A program made the position numbers and the translations under genes. Shown here in pieces: positions 59,917 through 64,000 of a stretch of DNA of 64,000 bases. Source of the stretch: Dehalococcoidia bacterium (GTDB taxonomy: Bacteria > Chloroflexota > Dehalococcoidia > Plut-88900). The stretch spans positions 2,240,001 through 2,304,000 of the forward strand of contig OZ240219.1 in assembly GCA_965197645.1 (NCBI GenBank). The letters run 5' to 3'. The first letter of the stretch is position 1; every line of letters starts with the position of its first letter. The notes under the pieces are model-generated. The model did no database searches and was not told the origin of the DNA. It saw nothing but the letters and a program-made list of their open reading frames with translations.

Positions 59917-61095
59917 ATGCGTTTCGATAGCTCCATCTACTGGCATACAGGGGAAGTGATACCGTGGCACCAGCAGGTGCAGGAGTATCGGGAGTTTGTG
60001 ACGTCGCTGGAGGAGCTGGGATTTGTTACCGCCTGGGTTGCGGAACATCACCTGGCCCACGATGGTTACTTCTCCTCCGCCACCAACCCTATCCTCACGG
60101 GTCTGGACATGGCCCTCCATACCAAAAAGCTAAGGGTGGGCCAGAGCCCTACATCGATCTGTGACTGGCATCCCATCAGGGTAGCCGAGGACATCGCTGC
60201 GCTGGACCACATGACCAAGGGGCGGGTCGATTTTGGAGTCGGCCGGGGCACCGACTTTCGCTGGGCCGCCCAGCTAAATCCCCTAGCAGATAGGCGTAAC
60301 GACGAGCAGAACTACGCCCTCTTCATCGAATCGCTGGACGTCATCCTCAAGTCCTGGACCGAGGAGGCCTTCAGCCACAAGGGCAAGTTCTACACTTTCC
60401 CAACTCCCGGATGGAAAGAGCACAATCCCGTCGTGAATCTGGTACCGCCCCACTACACCCCCGATGGAGAGCTGGTCGCCATATCGGTGTTGCCCAAGCC
60501 CTATCAACAACCTCATCCTCCCGTCTGGCAGATGGTAACCAGCAACAAATCCTGGGCTTACGCGGGCACCCGCGGAATCAATGCCATGGGTTCGGCACGC
60601 TCCCTGGAGGGAAACCGAGAGTCCTTCATGGCCTACAAGGACGCGGCAAACGCCGAGGGTCGCGACTTGGCACTGGGCGAGAATGCCTCCATCCAGTACA
60701 TGACCTTCTGCGCCAAGACCATGGAAGAGGCCGTCAAGATAGCTCGGCCCGGAATCAACGCCCTCTACAGTCACATATCGACCCGTCCCGATAGGTTGCG
60801 GCCAATGATCATGGGCAAGGATGAGAAGCTTAGTGACGAAGACCTCAACTGCGACTGGTTCGACTTTCTCTGGAAGCATGACGTCATCATTGTGGGAACT
60901 CCGGACTACATCGCCGAGCGACTCGATAACCTGCAGCGAGAGATCAGCTTTCAACACTTCCAGATATTCCCAAGCATCCCCGAGATCACCTTCCGCCAGT
61001 ACATGGACTGCCTCGAGCTCTTCGGCACCGAAGTGATGCCGCGGTTCGAGGAGAAGGCCGGCGCCAGGGAACAGATCTCGGTGGCGGACGGCTAA
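59917..61095 (+). CDS. LLM-class flavin-dependent monooxygenase (LuxA-like)
   Basis: WVAEHH, HPIRVAEDIA.LD, GVGRG, PKPYQQPHPP, LFGTEVMP. Confidence 0.9.
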   Translation: MRFDSSIYWHTGEVIPWHQQVQEYREFVTSLEELGFVTAWVAEHHLAHDGYFSSATNPILTGLDMALHTKKLRVGQSPTSICDWHPIRVAEDIAALDHMTKGRVDFGVGRGTDFRWAAQLNPLADRRNDEQNYALFIESLDVILKSWTEEAFSHKGKFYTFPTPGWKEHNPVVNLVPPHYTPDGELVAISVLPKPYQQPHPPVWQMVTSNKSWAYAGTRGINAMGSARSLEGNRESFMAYKDAANAEGRDLALGENASIQYMTFCAKTMEEAVKIARPGINALYSHISTRPDRLRPMIMGKDEKLSDEDLNCDWFDFLWKHDVIIVGTPDYIAERLDNLQREISFQHFQIFPSIPEITFRQYMDCLELFGTEVMPRFEEKAGAREQISVADG

Positions 61096-61280
61096 AGAGT
61101 CGGCTGCAGCAGCTTCAAGGCAAGTCGACTAATCAGCTGTAAATTGCCAAGAGCCAGGATGTCTTACAACAATACCTTCACCCTGGAAAACAATAGCTTT
61201 CCCGCTGTCCCTGCGTCCGCCGGGACCTGGGACGTGAGATTGCTGGTGCTGGTCAAACAGTCCTGACAAGGAGGACACGC

Positions 61281-62423
61281 ATGGCTTTGGAAAACCTGAT
61301 TTCGGCCGATTCCCATGTCATCGAACCGCCCGATCTATGGGAGGGAAGGATAGATCCCGAGTATAAAGACCGGGCGCCACACCTTGAATGGACGGGCGAG
61401 ACCCACCGCTGGTACATCGATGGAGACATGCCTGCAGGGCCTGGCGGGGAGGTCCTATCCGAGGCGGGCAAGAGGTACGATGATCCGGACTCCATGAGCA
61501 TAGATTCCAGATTCGAAGGTGTTCGGCCCGGGGCTTACCAACCGGACATCCGCTTGAAAGACCTGGAGATGGACGGAGTCGTCGGCGAGGTGGTTATCCC
61601 AACGGTACCCACTCGGTTCTACAGCCTCCCGCTGGATAGCCAGATCCTCTCCGCCAGCCTGAGGGCCATGAACGATTGGATGGCCGAGTTCTGCAACCCC
61701 TACCCCGATGTCTTCAAGGGCCTGGGGATGATAAACCTGGACGACGTGCAGGATGGAGTGAGAGAGTACGACCGGTGCCTCGATATGGGCCTGGCGGCAA
61801 TGATGGTGTCCGCCTTCCCCGGGGAAGAAAAGATGTACTACCAGCCCGAGTTCGATCCCCTATGGGAGAGGGCGCAGGATAGCGGCAGGCCCCTGGTTAT
61901 ACATACGGGCACTCAGCGTTATGGCCCGACCAGTCCTCCGACCACATTCGCTCAGACTTCCTTCTCGGTGCAGGGCGCGACTTCAACATTTAACCCTGAG
62001 CACTGGGTTATGCGCTCCATCTCAGCGATGATGTTCGGCGGCGTGTTTGAGCGTTATCCTGAACTTAAGATCGCTTTGATAGAGTTCGAGATAGGCTGGG
62101 TGCCCTACTACCTGGAGCAGATGGACCGGAACTACAGCGACCTTCGCTACACCCAGGAGATCGCCTTCAAGAACGATATGATCCCCAGCGATTTCTGGCG
62201 TTCCAATGTCCTGATCAACTTCATGGAAGACCGGATCGGCCTGATGCACAGGGACATCATAGGAATCGATAATCTCATGTGGGGGTCGGACTATCCCCAC
62301 CGGGAGTCCACCTGGCCCCGTTCCAGGGAGGTCTTGGCCGAGATTCTTCAAGACGTCCCCGCCGAGGAGCAAACGAAGTTCGTCTACTCCAACGCTGCGA
62401 AGCTTTTCGACTTTAAGGTTTAG
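61281..62423 (+). CDS. Amidohydrolase_2 family protein
   Basis: SADSHVIEPPD, NDW, IHTG, WGSDYPH, NAAKLF. Confidence 0.92.
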   Translation: MALENLISADSHVIEPPDLWEGRIDPEYKDRAPHLEWTGETHRWYIDGDMPAGPGGEVLSEAGKRYDDPDSMSIDSRFEGVRPGAYQPDIRLKDLEMDGVVGEVVIPTVPTRFYSLPLDSQILSASLRAMNDWMAEFCNPYPDVFKGLGMINLDDVQDGVREYDRCLDMGLAAMMVSAFPGEEKMYYQPEFDPLWERAQDSGRPLVIHTGTQRYGPTSPPTTFAQTSFSVQGATSTFNPEHWVMRSISAMMFGGVFERYPELKIALIEFEIGWVPYYLEQMDRNYSDLRYTQEIAFKNDMIPSDFWRSNVLINFMEDRIGLMHRDIIGIDNLMWGSDYPHRESTWPRSREVLAEILQDVPAEEQTKFVYSNAAKLFDFKV

Positions 62424-62472
62424 TACAGGTCCAGACGACTAGGACGCGGCCAGGCTGGTAGCTTCAGAACTG

Positions 62473-64000
62473 CTAGTCTGTCGAAGGGCCCTCGAGGCGG
62501 TAGGCGTCCGGGTGGGGTTTCAGAGGCCGCAGCATCCACATCGGCCTTCGCAGGCCCCCAGGGCCGGGAGCCGGGCGAGTCCGGCCGAGCCATCTCTTGT
62601 ACACCTGGGAGGCGGCTTCCCCGCTTACGGAGATGTCCCCGTAGCTCAGATCGGGCCCCGCTTTGGTCACCGTAACTTTCTGATGCCAGCAATGCCCCCC
62701 GCTGATCGGGTCGGGTTGCACCGGAAAGACCAGGTTCTGGTGCACGCCGCCATCGCTCCACCAGATACGCTCTGAGTCCGGGTCGCTGCTCTCAAAGGGG
62801 GTGACGCCCTTTAGCTGGCGCATCGACCACTCTCCTCCCTCTCGTTCGATGGCCACCAGAGCCGAGTTCCACCGGTCGCTTCCAGAGTCCTCGTGAAGCC
62901 GCCACCTACCTAGGTGGTGAGAGCAGGCCACAACGCCGGGACGAATGCTCTCCGTTACCCACACCCGGTCGACAAAGTAGCCTATCTCCGTCTCCACCTT
63001 TACCAGGTCATCCACATCGACACCGATGCGATCGGCGTCCACGGGATTGATCCACACTGGGTTGACGTGGGCGATCTCGTGAAGCCACTTGGCGCCGTTG
63101 GTGCGGGTATGGATCAGAGTGGGCAGGCGAAACGTAGGTAGAAGTACGTACTCGTTTCGAGAGGAGTCGATCTTGGAGTGATGGACCTGGCTGGTGATCT
63201 GGGGCATACGTGCCCGCTGCCGGGAGTCCCTCGGATAGATTGGAATCGCATATTCGGGCCAGCCCCATTCCACCAGGGTGGTGGAGTAGATCTCCAACAT
63301 GCCCGAAGGAGTAGGGAAGCCTTCGACAAGCTGGTCGTCCACCGATATCCCGGCCCTCGTACGGCCCTTTTGGTCCGAGAATGGCCCAGGGTAGGGGCGA
63401 AGGTTGACCTTGGGCGGAGGTGTGGAGCGCCAGATGATTCCGGTATCTTCATCCAACTCGGCTTCCTCTGTTACTTCCGGGGAGAGCGTCTTCTCCTGCT
63501 GATCGTATACGTCCGTGGTTACCTGGAAGACGCCGTATCTCCTCATGTACTCCATGGGCGTGAGGCCTTCGCTTTGCGCAGCCTCAGGCAGTCTGGGTAC
63601 CGAGTTCTCAAAGATCCACCGGTAGTACTCTTCTATGGAGATCTTCTCTCCCGGCCGATACGGCGACTCGAAGTGGCGCCGTATGCCTAGGGAGCCATCG
63701 GGGTCGATCTTCCAAGAGAGCTCGATCCAGAACTCGTTCTCTTCCCACACCTCACCCGGATTGGCCTGATGGGTGAAATCTATCTGCTCGCCGGCCTTTT
63801 CCCTGGCTACCCTGAGCACCGGTTGACGGAAACCGAGCCACTGGGAAGCGTGGCTCTCGTAGCTGTGGAGGTCGTGACGCTCCGGGGCGAGGCCCATGGG
63901 CAGCACGTAATCGGCGTACTGGGCGGTCTCACTCCATACGGGGGTAAGGGCGACGTGCAGGCCGATACGACTCTCATGCTGGAACATTTCGATCCAAGAG
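62473..64000 (-). CDS. Molybdopterin-dependent oxidoreductase, C-terminal part (5' end outside the window)
   Basis: WSETAQYADYVLP, TPSG.LE, HTRT, WINP.DA, V.E.IRPGVV dinucleotide-binding motifs. Confidence 0.85.
   Translation of the reverse strand, partial: SWIEMFQHESRIGLHVALTPVWSETAQYADYVLPMGLAPERHDLHSYESHASQWLGFRQPVLRVAREKAGEQIDFTHQANPGEVWEENEFWIELSWKIDPDGSLGIRRHFESPYRPGEKISIEEYYRWIFENSVPRLPEAAQSEGLTPMEYMRRYGVFQVTTDVYDQQEKTLSPEVTEEAELDEDTGIIWRSTPPPKVNLRPYPGPFSDQKGRTRAGISVDDQLVEGFPTPSGMLEIYSTTLVEWGWPEYAIPIYPRDSRQRARMPQITSQVHHSKIDSSRNEYVLLPTFRLPTLIHTRTNGAKWLHEIAHVNPVWINPVDADRIGVDVDDLVKVETEIGYFVDRVWVTESIRPGVVACSHHLGRWRLHEDSGSDRWNSALVAIEREGGEWSMRQLKGVTPFESSDPDSERIWWSDGGVHQNLVFPVQPDPISGGHCWHQKVTVTKAGPDLSYGDISVSGEAASQVYKRWLGRTRPAPGPGGLRRPMWMLRPLKPHPDAYRLEGPSTD

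Noticed and set aside
3998-60957. Long antisense ORFs (e.g. 3998..5260, 22616..23947, 47695..49209, 57125..58867, 58868..59887)
   Set aside because: Shadow frames of recognisable genes in high-GC DNA; no family motifs

Overview
GC-rich (roughly 60-63% by eye) bacterial catabolic region. The gene content points to SAR202 / Dehalococcoidia (Chloroflexota), though this is inference: 7 amidohydrolase_2 genes plus a phosphotriesterase-like gene, 5 amidase-signature enzymes, 4 luciferase-like (LLM) monooxygenases, 3 peptide-type lipoprotein substrate-binding proteins with no ATPase genes, a BVMO, a CocE hydrolase, a DMFase large subunit and GSII. I recognised no rRNA, tRNA, CRISPR or transposase. 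Main points that the ORF track hides: (1) Two in-frame ORFs at 11577-13241 are really one ~554-aa UGSC-type selenoprotein fusion, with in-frame TGA in D-U-G-S-C and a perfect 7-bp hairpin 11 nt downstream (SECIS candidate). (2) A DppB permease carries a ~325-aa, 7-repeat Asp-box/YCF48-like beta-propeller inserted into its first external loop. (3) An amidase + tiny GatC/AtzG-like subunit + Dpp transporter + orphan DMFase large subunit cluster. (4) A decayed dppC fragment supplies the stop codon of an orphan lipoprotein gene. (5) A composite MITE-like repeat family and REP-like doublets. (6) A single-base frameshifted LLM gene. All product calls come from motif recognition by eye; no searches were run.
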